Source: Spirogloea muscicola (Eukaryota). From it: a stretch of 64,000 nt of DNA. The notes beneath the pieces are model-generated. The model saw only the letters and a program-made list of their open reading frames with translations, searched no databases and had not been told where the DNA came from. Below, piece after piece: positions 13,849 to 29,223 of this stretch. Numbering within the stretch: the stretch's first letter is position 1; every line of letters begins with the position of its first letter. A program made the position numbers and the translations under genes. The stretch is from assembly GCA_009602725.1 (NCBI GenBank), contig WELB01000001.1:1625824-1689823 (forward strand). The letters run 5' to 3'.

Positions 13849-14339
13849 CAGGCGCAGCTCGACCGCAGAGTGCCTGACGCTAGGCGAGCGACGTCCACTT
13901 CGTCTGGCCGCTGACGAGTCAGTCCAGCTGTGTCACTCCCTGCCAGGCAGAGCTCCGTCACGTCGACTTGGCCGGCCACTGGCACAACCACCGCTGCTGG
14001 TTGGTCATGTCCTCGACGCCTCCTCCTCCTCTGCTGCCTGCTATGCGTCCTTATTCGTCGCAGGACGAGCCTTCCGTCGCTAGGTGGACATTGTTTGCGC
14101 GCCCGCGCTCTATGCCGGCAGGCTGCGCGGCCTAGCTGAGTCAGTCCGCCCTCAGCTTCAGAATTGCAGTCCCATGGCGGCGGCTGGGAGCCACGAACTG
14201 CCCGCAGCAGCTGCGGGGCCTCGCTGGGACACCGTCCACGCGCCGTTCCGCCGCCGCCGCCGCAGCCGCAGCCGCCGCAGCCACCGCAGTCGTCGCGCCA
14301 GAAGGCGGGGCCAGGTGGCCAGCGCGGAGGCTTGGTTAC

Positions 14340-15900
14340 CCGTGAGTGAGCACATGGAAACGCAACGGGCTAACTTGGGGAGCCTGAGTACCGCAACTGA
14401 AGCCAGTGGGCCCCAGTGCCCAGGGAAAAATTTGTGTTTTTCTTAGCGTTTCCCCTGGCCCCCTTCTCGTCCTTCGTTGATACTATTTTGGGCTGGCTTT
14501 TCCAGCCCCTATTCTCAATGGGCGAGCACTTTCTTCTTGACAGTGGCTGCTTAGCAGGGTTTACTGACTGATTCGTAGCTGCTTTGTTTCTTTGTGTGCT
14601 TGTTTTTCTTAGCGCTTTCTCTGGCCCCCTTCTCGTACTCTGTTCATTCTTTTTTGGGCTGGCTTTTCCAGCCCCTATCCTCAACGGGCGAGCACTTTCT
14701 TCTTGAAATTGGAAATGGGTCTTTCCATGTACGGTAATGGCTGCAAAGAGGCCAGCCCATACTGAATGAACAAGGTTCTGGACGTGCAGGAGGTCTCGCA
14801 CGAGCGCCAACAGTCTCGCTGTGACGACATATCACATAATTGACGAAGCTGCCGTTGGCCTGGAGTGGAGACTTTAGCAACTAAGTGATTCATCCTACCA
14901 GGCAAGCTCAAGACAGCGCTTTCGGCACCTTCGGACCTTGTCAACTCGTTTCGGGCTGGCTGTTCACAGCCCTTGCCCCCTTTTGGGAGTGCCACTTCTT
15001 CTTTAGCAAAAGATGCCTCCACCAGCTATCCCTCTTTCGGTTCCCTTGGCCTGTTTGCAGCGAGCTCGGGCTCATGCGTTGCACCAGAAAGCTGGTTGAG
15101 CTTCAGCTGGTGGCACAAGGGCTTGTCAATCGCCGTCTGGTAGTCGGACATCAGTTAGCGACCTCTAAGTGCTGCATCGTGGTTACTGAGCGGGTCAGCT
15201 TAGCAGCAGGTGATGTATATCTGCCAATGTGCTTGCCCTTTTACTTGGCCACTCAGCCCTCCATCGCTCCATGCACATTCATTTCCTTAGCATTCGGCTT
15301 TACCTTGCGGTGAGCGCAGTGCCTATAATCTACTAAGAGACGCAAACATTGGATCTTTTCACGAGGCTGGGTACCATCTCAATGGAGGTGTTGGGAGATA
15401 TGCCTGTCATTCCAAAACTCGGCAAGCCATACGTGAGGCATCTGATGTTGTTGCCACTCCCGGGAGCGACAGGCCTCGCCTCCTCTTATGTCGTACTATT
15501 GATTCGTTCCAGTCGGGGGCACCCATGCCAACTGTGTGTGGTTTGACGACAGAGTATGCCAAAAGAAAGAAGGGAGCGGCACCACAAGGACCACCTCCTA
15601 AGCGACCACTTTCAATTGTGCGTTATGGACGTAAATGGCGGCTATTGTTTCAAGTGGTCCTCACTCTTCCATCGCATGGCCCGCCTGGTCGACGCGCACC
15701 ACCGTAGTCAGGCCGGTAGCTTAGGGCATTCTGTTGCCCCGCAAGCGTTGGTTGCATATCACAGAATGCGGCTCTCGTTTCCTTTGCAGCGTTCCAAGGC
15801 TCTACCCATACATGAGCGCTGGGCGCGCACTAAGCCAGGCCACTGGCTTGCGAGGTGGTGCTCCGAAGCAGCTCTTTCAGAAGGGGCGAGTGCTGGGCAA
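14340..15900. mobile_element. Cluster of decayed, 5'-truncated CRE-like (RLE) non-LTR retrotransposon fragments
   Basis: Two tandem copies of a 3'-UTR module (gggctggcttttccagcccctat..gggcgagcac, 14432-14703) also occur at ~32095-32230, 58790-58850 and 59100-59250. The ORF remnant at 15556-15921 (ERHHKDH..MDVNG..RLSFPLQRSKALPIH) is homologous to 32487-32906. Confidence 0.7.
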
Positions 15901-16302
15901 AGCCAGCCCGCAAACACATGAATAGCACAGGCTGACTTGCTAGCCGGAGCAGGAGACTGAAGAGCACAGGGAGACCGGAAACACGAGACTGACGAGCGGG
16001 AGGCTGCCGTCGGTGAGACGAGAGGGGCAACGTGAGAAAGTGCTCCACCTCGCGCAGGGCCTTCCAACCGTCCGATGAGCGCCATCCGACAGCTGTCCCG
16101 GTAGGTAAGCTAGGGGGTTTGGAAAATGGGGTTCCGAATCGGTCGACGTAAAACCCAGGCTCTTGAATGCGGCAAGGGCGCACGCCCTAGAGCCCCCGCC
16201 GCCGACGCTGCCGCCGCCACCGCCGCCGCCGCCGCCGCCGGGTTTTGCGCCGCGCGGCGCGGGTGAGCGGGGCGCGCGGAAGTGAGGCGCTCGCTCAGCG
16301 CC

Positions 16303-17652
<1,350 letters not shown>

Positions 17653-18121
17653 GGAGAGGCTTGCTGGGACTGGTTGGCCCACTCTTGTAGGCCCATGTCT
17701 GGCATCCTGGAAGCAATTTATGCCCTTTTTCTGTTCGTCCTCCAAACTACTTACCACCCTTCAGAGTCACCCCCTATTATCGGTGATGCATGCAGTGGTA
17801 CATCAAACAAGAATCACGGTTATTGTGATGAAGGACTATCTTACACTGAGCATCTGTGCATTGAGTCAGAGTATTGTGCCTGCGAGACTGATTGCTGAGC
17901 TTTGAGCTGCATGTGTGGCTTCTGGAAAAATGTCGGCAGCATGTATTGGCAGCAAGTCGCGCACATTACAGCTTGCTGCACTTGAGCTGGCCGAGGTGCA
18001 CAGGCGTGGCCCGTAACATGGACTGGTTGCTTTAGGCTGTATGCTCAAGTAAGGGTGCCACATTTGTGTTCTAGAGAATCAAATGAACATTGCTCTATTG
18101 GTACACCATACTGCAATATAA

Positions 18122-20313
18122 TCAAAGGGTGGTCCTCTTTCGGGCTGTATTCATATATGGCCGGATGACCCACTCGTTTTCGGCCTCAGTCTGGTCCATT
18201 GTACCTAGCTTGATCTGCACCTCAACAAATCAGAGCGGTGTCCTGTTACCTGGTGTTATCTGAAGAACAAGGTGCAAGTAACATGCATAGCAGCTCTTCT
18301 GTTGTCGTCCACTACAGAAAGAGCAGGTGTAGCAACATCACCCATCCTGAGGAATGCATACCAACAGCCTTTGTGCTTTTGCAACTTGTGTGTAAGCGTT
18401 TCAGACGGATCAAAGCAGTAATTCTAAGCAGTTCTCACCTGGTAAAGCCGCAACTCAAACCGTGGGCCAACCTCCTTCAGCTCTACAGACTTGGGGCCCT
18501 TGGGCATCTCATACACGTGGTGCCTGCAAGCAGGGCAGCTTGCACAAGTCACACATAGTCACTTAAGTTGCACATCAGGCCAATATTTAGTCCCCAGCTT
18601 CGATACTTAAGCAGATTGAAGCAGGTCCTCGAACCACTTACACAGTACTGAGCCGCAGGTTCAGCATACAGATGCACCCAAACCACCAACCTGAAGGATA
18701 TGAAGTCCGACTGATTTGCGAAGGTAATTATCCTCTTGCTGTCGGACTTGGGGACTGGGAAGAGGTATTTCAGAATGTTGGAAGTTCGCTGCCCAAGCTG
18801 TGCTATAATAGGGAGAACACCCAAGAAGAGTTAGCCAGGTAGCCCCAGCCTCTAAGCTCAAATAGCAGCTCCCATGGAAGACAAGTCAGGCTGCAATATT
18901 AGTACGCTTTTAAAGACAAGCAGGGACTGGACCTGACAGATGCACGTATTGCCAATGGGATGCGGCCTGGGAAGCAATTGACGAGATCCAAAGGACAAGA
19001 TGCCCATGCCTTGGTTGTGAATTTGTCCATGATCAGGTGCGGGTAGGCTTCGGACATGGTCCCTAGAGCTGCCTTGTCCTTGATATCGTGCCGTGTCACC
19101 TGGCGGGGCCGGTGTGGTTCAGGGAGTGCGCAACTTAATTCCATAGCAGATAAGCGCGTACTTTATCAAGCGTCAACTTTTAGCCTATCCAGCGGGTGGA
19201 AAGTGCTCAAAGAAGGAAGGCCGCTGATCGGAAAGCTTACCACGTTGAGCAGGCCAAAGTAAGCGGTGGGGCCGAAGGGCAGGTGGCAAACGATGAGGCC
19301 GTCAGGCTCCCCACGGTGCTCGTGCACCATCACAATGTCCGTGAAGTCGCTCTTACGACAGGCCTCCACCACCTCCGCGATGACCTGGACAAGAAGACCT
19401 AGCCTGCGGGGTCAGGTCCCATGATGGCATTGCAGTCTTGTACCCCCTCTTCTCTTTCCACTGCTCATTGTGCGCATTCAGGCGCTGAAAGTGTCCAGCA
19501 AAGGGTCTGGAATGTGTAATGGCATCAGTCTACGTCCAACCTCAGAGTCCAAGGCTCCTAGAGCTCACGTCAGAACCCCTGATCCTGAGAGGAGACGCTA
19601 CACCCCTTAACCCTCAGACAGTTGCCGCTGAGGCGACTGGCAGCCATAAGAGCAACCACAATTTGGGCAATGCAATGGTGAATGAAGAGCTTCAAAAGGA
19701 GGCTCGCCTGCCCTCCTCGGTTGATGCGCTGCGCATTTGGAAGGACGATCTTGAGCTCCTGCAGCACAAGCGACCGGGGCCAAGACAGCAGATGTCAGCC
19801 CAAAGCTGCAACGAACACATGCCGCCGTACTGAACGGAAGAGCTGCCAATTGAAGGCCTGCAGGGATGGGCTGCTCTGGGCGCGCCTTGGCGAACTGCGT
19901 GAGGCGGCTGCTGGGGTCGCGAGACGTGGTGAGCAGGATCTTGGGGTCCACGCGCCCGGCCTGCGCGTACTCGTCGTCCACATGGCTCGCTGGCTCTGAC
20001 GACGCAACGCCTCAACGGTGACCCGCCGTTAGAGCCAGGTCCGCAAGCGGCCAACTGGCTCAAGGTCTCGTCTCTCAGCTGCTGGAGAAGGTAAGACCAA
20101 CAAGGCCCGCTGCTTGACGAGGGTCCCATTGTTAAGGTGGCGGTGGCGCGGAGCACCTGCGGTGGCCTCGTCCTCGAGCTCGATCTCGGCGCGCAGGGCG
20201 GCCTCCTCGCCGCGCAGCTCCGTCGGGATGGGCTTCCCGTCTGCAGCCACGCCAGCCGAGGTGCACCGCCCTCAACGGCCGTCATCACCCGCGCCTTTCT
20301 ACGCGCATCACCG

Positions 20314-20345
<32 letters not shown>

Positions 20346-20520
20346 TCCGCCTCCGGCGCAGCAGCCGCCGCCACCGCCCCGAGGAGTCCTATGGAGGTGC
20401 GGGGGCACCTTGGAGGGCCTGGCGAATGCGGCGCTTCTTCTCGTACGCGGCGCGCTCGCGGCCCTCCAGGCCCTTGCGGTAGAGGTACTCGCGGCGCAGC
20501 CGCGCGTTGCGCCGCAGCAT
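18122..20520 (-). CDS. IMP4: U3 snoRNP protein IMP4 (Brix domain), multi-exon
   Basis: [88 protein letters not shown]. Stop at 18122-18124. Confidence 0.96.
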
Positions 20521-20524
20521 CCCC

Positions 20525-20556
<32 letters not shown>

Positions 20557-20937
20557 TCACGGGCTTGCCATGGCGGCTCCGCGGCGGCTCTGCGGCTGGA
20601 GTCCTGCGCACCCGTCAGGGTGTAGGGGGGGTTCTACGGGCGTCTGCGCTTCGGGCACGCCCTCTCGTCGTCGGTCTGCCCACTTGGGAGGCCGGCCACT
20701 TGTGGAAGCCTTGCCGGGGGCCCCTGTACCGTCGTCAAGCAAGGCTCGCAGACGAGGCCCCGAGACGGTGAGCGCTGACCGTCGCACACTCAGCTTACGG
20801 CCCAACGTGCTTGCTTGAGCGGCGAGCAACGACCGACGGGACAGCGGGAATCATTCACGTCTCGTTGCAGCGACGCTTACTTGCTGGTCGTTCGAAGCGC
20901 CCGTTGCGCCGCCGCCGCCACCGCCGCCGGCGATGAC

Positions 20938-23884
20938 ATGCTGCGGGCGGCGCCCATGGCGGGAGCCCCGGGCGGCCGGCCGGCGCCGGGGCCTGCGGCC
21001 GCCGAGGTCCTCTCCATCGCCGCGGCCGAGCGTTCTGCAGGCTGCAGGACCGCTTGGACCGATGAGGACCTCTTCCTAGCGTCGTGCTGCGAGGCCGCCG
21101 CGGCAGCCGAGAGCGACGACGCCGTCGCGCTGCGGCGGCGGTGGTCTCCACCACCACCAGACGTTGTGGTGGATGCGGCGTGGAGCAAGGCGGAGCATGG
21201 GAGCAGCGTTGGCGAAGGCGGCAGCAACAGTACATGGACAGGTAAGTACATGGACAGGGATTGCCGTGTGTAACCCACTACTCTAAAGCCTAACTCCTAT
21301 ATATTGACCGCTGGTGGACGCTAACCAACACTAAGGTATTTGTCCCTGTCTGTGGTAAACCCCAGGCACGAGCTTTACGGTGGACGCATTTCGATTCGGG
21401 CGAATCCCCGGCTGCTCTGCGTACTTCCTCACGCACTTCCACAGCGACCACTATGGCGGGCTGAGCCGCGCATGGCGCCATGGCCCCATCTACTGCACGC
21501 CCCCCACTGGACGCCTTGTCGTCATGTGCCTTGGTGTTGACCCCAAGTGAGAGCCTCCCCACTCAGGGTCTAGGTATTTGGCTCGTTGCCAGCACACCCT
21601 CACGCAGGTCGTGGCTGCCACCGAGCTGTTGCATGCACTGCAATCGCACTTATGTTTCCTTTGCAATCAACGAGCAAGCTTTGACATGCCTGCTATCATC
21701 TGCTTGCTCTTTCCCGGGTTCTAGGTGGATCGTTGGCCTTGAAGAGAACCAGACAGCAGTCGTGCAGGGCGTGGAGGTGACGATGCTGCCAGCCAACCAC
21801 TGCCCTGGTGCGGCAATCATCCTCTTCCGCTTGCCTTGGGGCGACCACATCTTGCACACGGGCGACTTCCGAGCGTGCACGGCCATGCGCGCGTACCCAC
21901 ACCTCCAGGGCGTACATATAAAGCTCCTCTACCTGGACACCACCTACTGCAAAACCAGATACAAGTAGGCAAGCGCGCTCTGGCATCGCCCGCGCTCTGA
22001 TATGGATCAGCCCCAGCATCCTTCATTGACACCCTTGTGCCTGTCGGGGAGCTAGGCTGTAATTGCTGGTCCAATCGTGCTGCACATTCTGGCCTCATAG
22101 CTAGTGGCTTTTGACTACAAGCTGCTGTTCATGGTGTTTTACAGCAGTGGCCTTGACGTGAACATTCATGGCCCCCACAGTACAGCAATTATTGGATGAC
22201 ATCCTTGCATCCGCAATTGTGATCACAGACTGGAGAAACTGGTTCCAGTACTGACCATTGATGCATTTGGTCCAACAGGTTCCCTCCCCAGGAGGATGTG
22301 ATCCAATTTGCAGTGCAGTGCACAAGGAGGATGCTGCAGAGGAGCAAGCGCCTGTTGGTCACGGTTGGCGCTTATAGCATTGGCAAGGAGCGGGTCTACC
22401 TGGCCCTTGCTCAGGCTCTTGGGGTACGTACTTGAAGGTCACCTCGTGCTGCTTGATTCTACTACACTATCTCGTGCTATTTCATGAGTAGAACAGCTCA
22501 TCATTGAAGGGTCTGCAGATCAGAGAGGTCAATGCAAGATGCCTGTGTCTCATTCAAGCAGCAGTCAAGCAGGAGTCTCGTCTACCTGGTCAAAGCTATG
22601 GCCCTCTGGTTTCAGGTCAAGATATATGTGGACAAGAGGCGAGAGAGGGTGCTGGGTGCGCTTGATTGGCCAGAGCTCCAAGCATACTTGACAAGCGATG
22701 CCTCGACTACGCCACTCCACGTCGTCCCCATCGGATATCTTAGGCCTCCTGTATGCTTGCCGTTGGCCTCATTGACCATTTTTTTCCGAAGCTCAGCATG
22801 TCCATTGATGGTGAAACCCACTGCTTGGCTCGATTGATGACTGTGTATTCGTGGGCCATGGGTTGGGTCACCCTGATTGACATCAGCATTTGGTGCAGAT
22901 GTGGCAATTCTGCTTCATTCTCTTATTCCACTATCTGCTCTCCTGTGATTGCTTGTGCATGACAGAGATTAAAGTCATACCTGCAGAATCATGCTTCTTT
23001 CACCGCCATCCTTGGCTTTCGTCCGACAGGTACTAAGCTTTACTGGCTCTGTGCACATACTTGCTTCACATTGAAAAGCTTCTTTCCTGCAATGTATAGC
23101 TCAGTGTACTTTTGGCAACTCAATGAAATGTGAGCAGATGAGTTGCCATAGGTTTCTATTTATCCTGTCTACTACGAGGTTTTTGCCGTAGACTGCCGAC
23201 CACGAGATGGTGATCTCAAGCAAATTGATGTGCACTTGCAGGCTGGACTTACAGCGAGAAGATTGGGGCCAAATTGGAGCTGATCCAGCCCCAAAGATGG
23301 GGGCCTGTCACAGTCTATGGTATGCATTACTGTGAATATTCTTCGGTGTAGCTGCTCTTTCTTCAGCATTGCTGCAATTAGTATCAGTGGGGTTCTGAGC
23401 CAGGCTGCCATTGTAGGATTGAGAGAGATGACTTCATGCTTCTGAGCTTGTTCCCTCTCTTTGGAAGTTATGAGCTGCTGCACCAGGCCACCATCAGACA
23501 TTGTCCTGTTCCATAACCAAGACTTTTCGCTGCTCCCTGCAGGAATTCCATACAGCGAGCACTCGTCCTGCACGGAGCTCAAGGAGTTTGTACAGGTGAG
23601 CTCCAGGGCAGGCACGGCCTTGCTTGAGTTTGTCAATGAGCACATAGGCAGAGGCTGGTGCAGCTCAACAATAGCAGGGCTGCTCATTGCCGCAGCCCGA
23701 AGGAGAGATTCCCGACTCTGGCTCCACCAGATCCTGCAGGCCCCTGAAAGGCGTGTCATTGCCTATGGTGCAGCACTTCAAGCCCGAAAAGATCATCCCA
23801 ACTGTCAACGTGGGCAGCCCAGCGTCAAGGGAGAGGATGAACGGGCTCTTTAGGCAGTGGCAGAATAAGGGCCTGCAAGACTGA
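20938..23884 (+). CDS. SNM1: SNM1/PSO2 (DCLRE1A-like) beta-CASP metallo-beta-lactamase nuclease
   Basis: [64 protein letters not shown]. Confidence 0.93.
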
Positions 23885-24461
23885 GCTCGCATTGCCACAT
23901 ATGTGGTCAACCCCAGGCTAAGTAATTGTGCCCTTTGGAGGTTCTTAGAGCTCTCTCTAGAAATTTTGACTTATAGAAAGTGGCCCCATTGGCTACTGAG
24001 ATAGTTAGCACATCCTGGCACACTTGTTGCAAGGGCTCTTCGAATCTCACGGGACGCCCTTAAGAGGACGAAAATAGCTTGCTATGGTGTCAAGCCTGCT
24101 GGCCTTTCCGCTCCTGGGAGGGCACATCAGTTGGTCCCTCTCACTGCAGGCTGTTGACCTCCTCACCAGATGCTGGTCCCTGCAGAGTTCTCCGTTAGTG
24201 AGTCAGTTGCTGGGTGGAAGTAATGATGTTGCAAAGGACATTGTGTTGAGAGAGTGGCAAATTGGTGCAGGCTGAGGCAGATGGCTAGTGACGGACCTGC
24301 CGTTAGGACGTCCACACCGGAAGAGCAGGGTAGGGAGGCCTAATGGCGCGGGGCTATGTGCCTCCGAGTGGGGCGTCGAACTAGTTGGCAAGCTCCTTGG
24401 GCGTCGTGCTCGGCAACAGTCAGCGGCTGCAGAGCTTGCAGTGGCGTGGCAGCTGGGCCAG

Positions 24462-25410
<949 letters not shown>

Positions 25411-25899
25411 NNNNNNNNNNNNNNNNNNNNNNNNNNNNNNNNNNNNNNNNNNNNNNNNNNNNNNNNNNNNNNNNNNNNNNNNNNNNNNNNNNNNNNNNNN
25501 NNNNNNNNNNNNNNNNNNNNNNNNNNNNNNNNNNNNNNNNNNNNNNNNNNNNNNNNNNNNNNNNNNNNNNNNNNCGAGGGCCCCGGCGGCGGCGGCGGCG
25601 GTGGCGGCGGCTGCGGAGCTCGCGCGGGCCAGGGGCTTGGCGGCGCTGGCAGGGAGGTAGCCGGGGGAAGAGGGGGGGAGCGGTTTAGCGAGCAGGTAGG
25701 AGGAGCAGGGGCCGGCGGGTAGGGGAGAGAGAGAGAAGGTGCGGAGCGGGTTCTCGTAGGCGCGAGGCTTTGCTTGTTGGCAGGCCGGGACCCGGTGAGG
25801 ACAGGCAGGGAGGGCTGCGTTTAGCGCGTCCAGGACGAGGGAGGGTATAGGAAGATAGGGGCAGTGCGGAATTGGGACATGGCAAGAGGAGAGTGGGGA

Positions 25900-26145
25900 C
25901 GAGGACCAGGAGAGTGAACCCGCGTGCACAGCGAGAGCGAGGATAAAGAAGCTAGAGCAGGAGAGGGGGGAGAGGAAGGGAGATACAGAGGTGGGGGGAG
26001 AGAGAGAGAGGCAGAGGGAGAGGGTTTTGCTCAAGTGTGTGTGCGTGTATGCGTTTGTGTTTACATTCGAGCATCTAAGTACGAGCGAGAGCGAGAGTGA
26101 GAGCGAGAGCGAGAGCGAGAGCGAGAGCTAGAGCGAGAGCGAGCG
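25900..26145 (+). repeat. Purine-rich tract ending in a (GAGAGC)n microsatellite
   Basis: Strong A/G bias; gagcgagagcgaga.. repeats at 26082-26143. Confidence 0.8.
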
Positions 26146-26409
26146 CAGGAACAATCAGGTGTTTCGAGTGAGCAGGGAGATAGGTGGGCGAGTACAAGTG
26201 AGCAGGGGTGTATCGAGGCCGCCGTGTGCACTAAGTAGTCGGGGAAGTCAGGGACATAGCAAGGCAGGACCAGGAGGTAGAACGTGCGGTAACCTTAGTG
26301 GAACGTGGCCGAGTGTGCGAGAAGCCAGAGAGCCGCCAGCAGACGCCCATCCTTCAGATACAGTGCAGCTGCAGCTTAGCACAGAGAGTGGCACCCACGT
26401 CTCGCACCC

Positions 26410-29223
26410 ATGTCAGCCACGGCGCCGCTGGCTGAGGGCACGGCGACCAAGAGGGTCAAGCTTGCATTGCCGGCCGAGGCGCCGGCGGCGGCTGCAACAG
26501 CGGAGGTGACCCCAGCCACCAATGGCTTGGCTCAGCAAGACAGCTGCACGGGGCAGGGCGAAGAGTCTGCTGCGGCGGCTGTGGCTGCAGCGGCAGTGGA
26601 GCCGGTGACTGTGGTGGACAGGGAGGCGGCCTCTGTGCCAGCAGCTGCTGGCTCTGGCAGCGGCGCCAACGACGGGGAGGAGGAGGCGCAGCTGGATGCA
26701 GAGCTGGTGCTGGCCATTGAGAGGCTGCAGGAAGTCCAGGACGAGCTTGAGCGGGTGTGCATCACCACGTATCTCCATAACGCAGCAACTCCCTTACTCT
26801 CTCTCCTCCGCTGCATGCTCAGGAATTGCTCAGATGGCCTGTGCGTCGCCGTCAATGGCAGGTGAATGAGGAGGCGAGTGACAAGGTGCTGGAGGTGGAG
26901 CAGCGGTACAACGAGGTGCGGCGGCCGGTGTATGCACGCCGCAATGCCATCATCACCTCCATCCCGGACTTCTGGCTCACAGCGGTCTGTGCTCCTGCCG
27001 CCCCGCCCCGCTCTTCCTCCCTCCACTCCTCTCCTGCAAGAGCTCGCAGAAACATGGCCGCCTACTCGTCATGTCTGGTCGTCCTGCAGGAATTCAGCCT
27101 GACGGTGCTGGCGATCACTGCACCAGCAGCTGCCCTTCCTTCTGTCCCCCATGTCTCGGCACGCCCCCGTGGCTGACTCATGCTCCGCATGCCTGCTCAG
27201 TTCCTGAGCCACCCGCAGCTCGCCGACCTGCTCACTGAGGACGATCAGAAGGTCCAGCTGGCCTCCCTCCTCCATCCTCCAATCTCCATCCTCCTCCTCC
27301 CTCCTCCTGCATCTCGTTATTCGGCTGCCCTTCCACAACGAAACCCCAATTGGCCTCACCACCTTCCCACTCCCTTTTCCGCTCCGCTTGGCAGGCATTC
27401 AAGCACCTGGCAGAGCTGGAAGTGGAGGACAGCAAGGACGTGAAGTCGGGTTACCGCATTGAGCTGCACTTTCACCCCAACCCGTACTTTGAAGACGAGG
27501 TGCTGGAGAAGGTGGTTGCATTCGCTGAGGACGGCACCGTCAAGGTCACTGGCACACCGCCGCGCTGGAAGCCTGGCATGGTGACTGGCTCCCCATGGCT
27601 TTGCCGACTCATAAGTCTTCTTTCAAGTCTGTCTGATAGCCCCCACGCCGGCAGGCTGTCATCCTGCTGTCGCGTCATCACCAATCTCAACACTCTGTGA
27701 AGGCTGTATGTTCCCATTTGTCTTCCTTACAAGTTGGCTAATTGCCTGTCAAAGACGACTCCCTCTTTGAGCTGGATATCGCAATCTGCAGCACCTTCTC
27801 CCCACACATACCTCCCTTTTCTCAAGAAAAAGGCTGAGAACAAGTCACAAACCCCAAACTTGAGTCCTAGAATACTATAATGCTTGAGTTCTGGTGAGGT
27901 TGTTTCATGGGTCATCTGCACGCAAGCTCCTTGTAGACATGGGCAAGAGCAGGTGCTTTGAAATGCATTGGACGTTGCTGGCTCTGACTGACCTGTGGCA
28001 GCAGAGGCCAAGGGTCCAAGCATTGAGCCCTTGGCTTGTTGCACCTGAATGACACTATGGCCCTCACCATGGCAACTTCTGAGGACGAAATACGATGCTG
28101 CAGGACTTGACATCTCGAGATGACGATGATGGAGAGGATGACGAGGAAGAGGAAGACGAAGCGGAGGAAGAGAGGGAGGATGGAGGAGGAGAGGGAGGGA
28201 AGGATGGAGGAGAGGACGACAGTGGCGGAGAGGGTAAGGAAGGCAGAAGGGGCGCCAAGCGGCGGCGCTCGCATTCCACAAGGTGGGCAGGCCCACAGAA
28301 TCCCTGCCATACGGCCCTGTGCGCCAAGCCGCCTGCTGCACCACATCTGCCTGGCAGAGGTGCACGAGTGCCGCTGTCTCGCCACAAGGTTCCGGGCTAC
28401 CTATTGCAGCTCGGCAGACTAAGTTAGCCAACTAGCTGGTCTCTGTCGGCATGGGTCTGGGTCAGGAAGGGCAAGACCGACAGCTGACTGCTGTGACACA
28501 CCTTTGCTTCGCCACATGCAGCTTCTTTACCTGGTTTCTGCTGGACTTTGATGAGGCCGCCCCAGACGAGGTAAGTCGAAATGCTCCAAAAGCTTCACGG
28601 AGCAACAATTGTTTGGTCAAGGAAGAGGCTGGCGAGGACCTCAGTGGCCACAGCTAGAAGATTAGGGGACTCGGGGATCTGAGAACCTCACCTTTATCAT
28701 CTGGTTTCGCTTCGGCTCAGGTGTACATTAGTAGAGCTCAAGGTCGAAGAGCTCATTTAGGTGCTGGAGTATAGGACTTCAGCTTTTTGATTTGAAGGTT
28801 GCAGGGTAATGCTGCAGGGTCTACATGTCATGCAAAGCCTCAGCAGTAGCAGAGCTGGCCCGTCCTTTGTGCAAAGGGATGGCCCGTCCCGAAGTGAAAG
28901 CGCCATACCCCCGTTACTCGGCCTGATAGTTAGGCGTGCATTCTTTTTAACCTACTTCTAACTTGCTTCTATGTGCAGATTGCTGAGGTGATCAAGGACG
29001 ACCTTTGGCCAAACCCGCTCAAGTATTTCAATACAGTGAGCAGGCTTACCCTAGCGAGTCCTTCTCACCACATTTCCTGCTCATGATTGCGCTTGATCTG
29101 AGAAGAAATGTCAGGCAACTGAAGGGCGACTGACCCTGATGGGCGCTTCTGCCACATTGTGCATCGACTGCGCAGGAAGCTGACGACGAGTTTGAGGAGG
29201 AAGCGCAGGTAGAGAACAAGTGA
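26410..29223 (+). CDS. NRP: NAP1-related histone chaperone (NRP/SET-like); last exon uncertain
   Basis: [82 protein letters not shown]. Confidence 0.92.
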
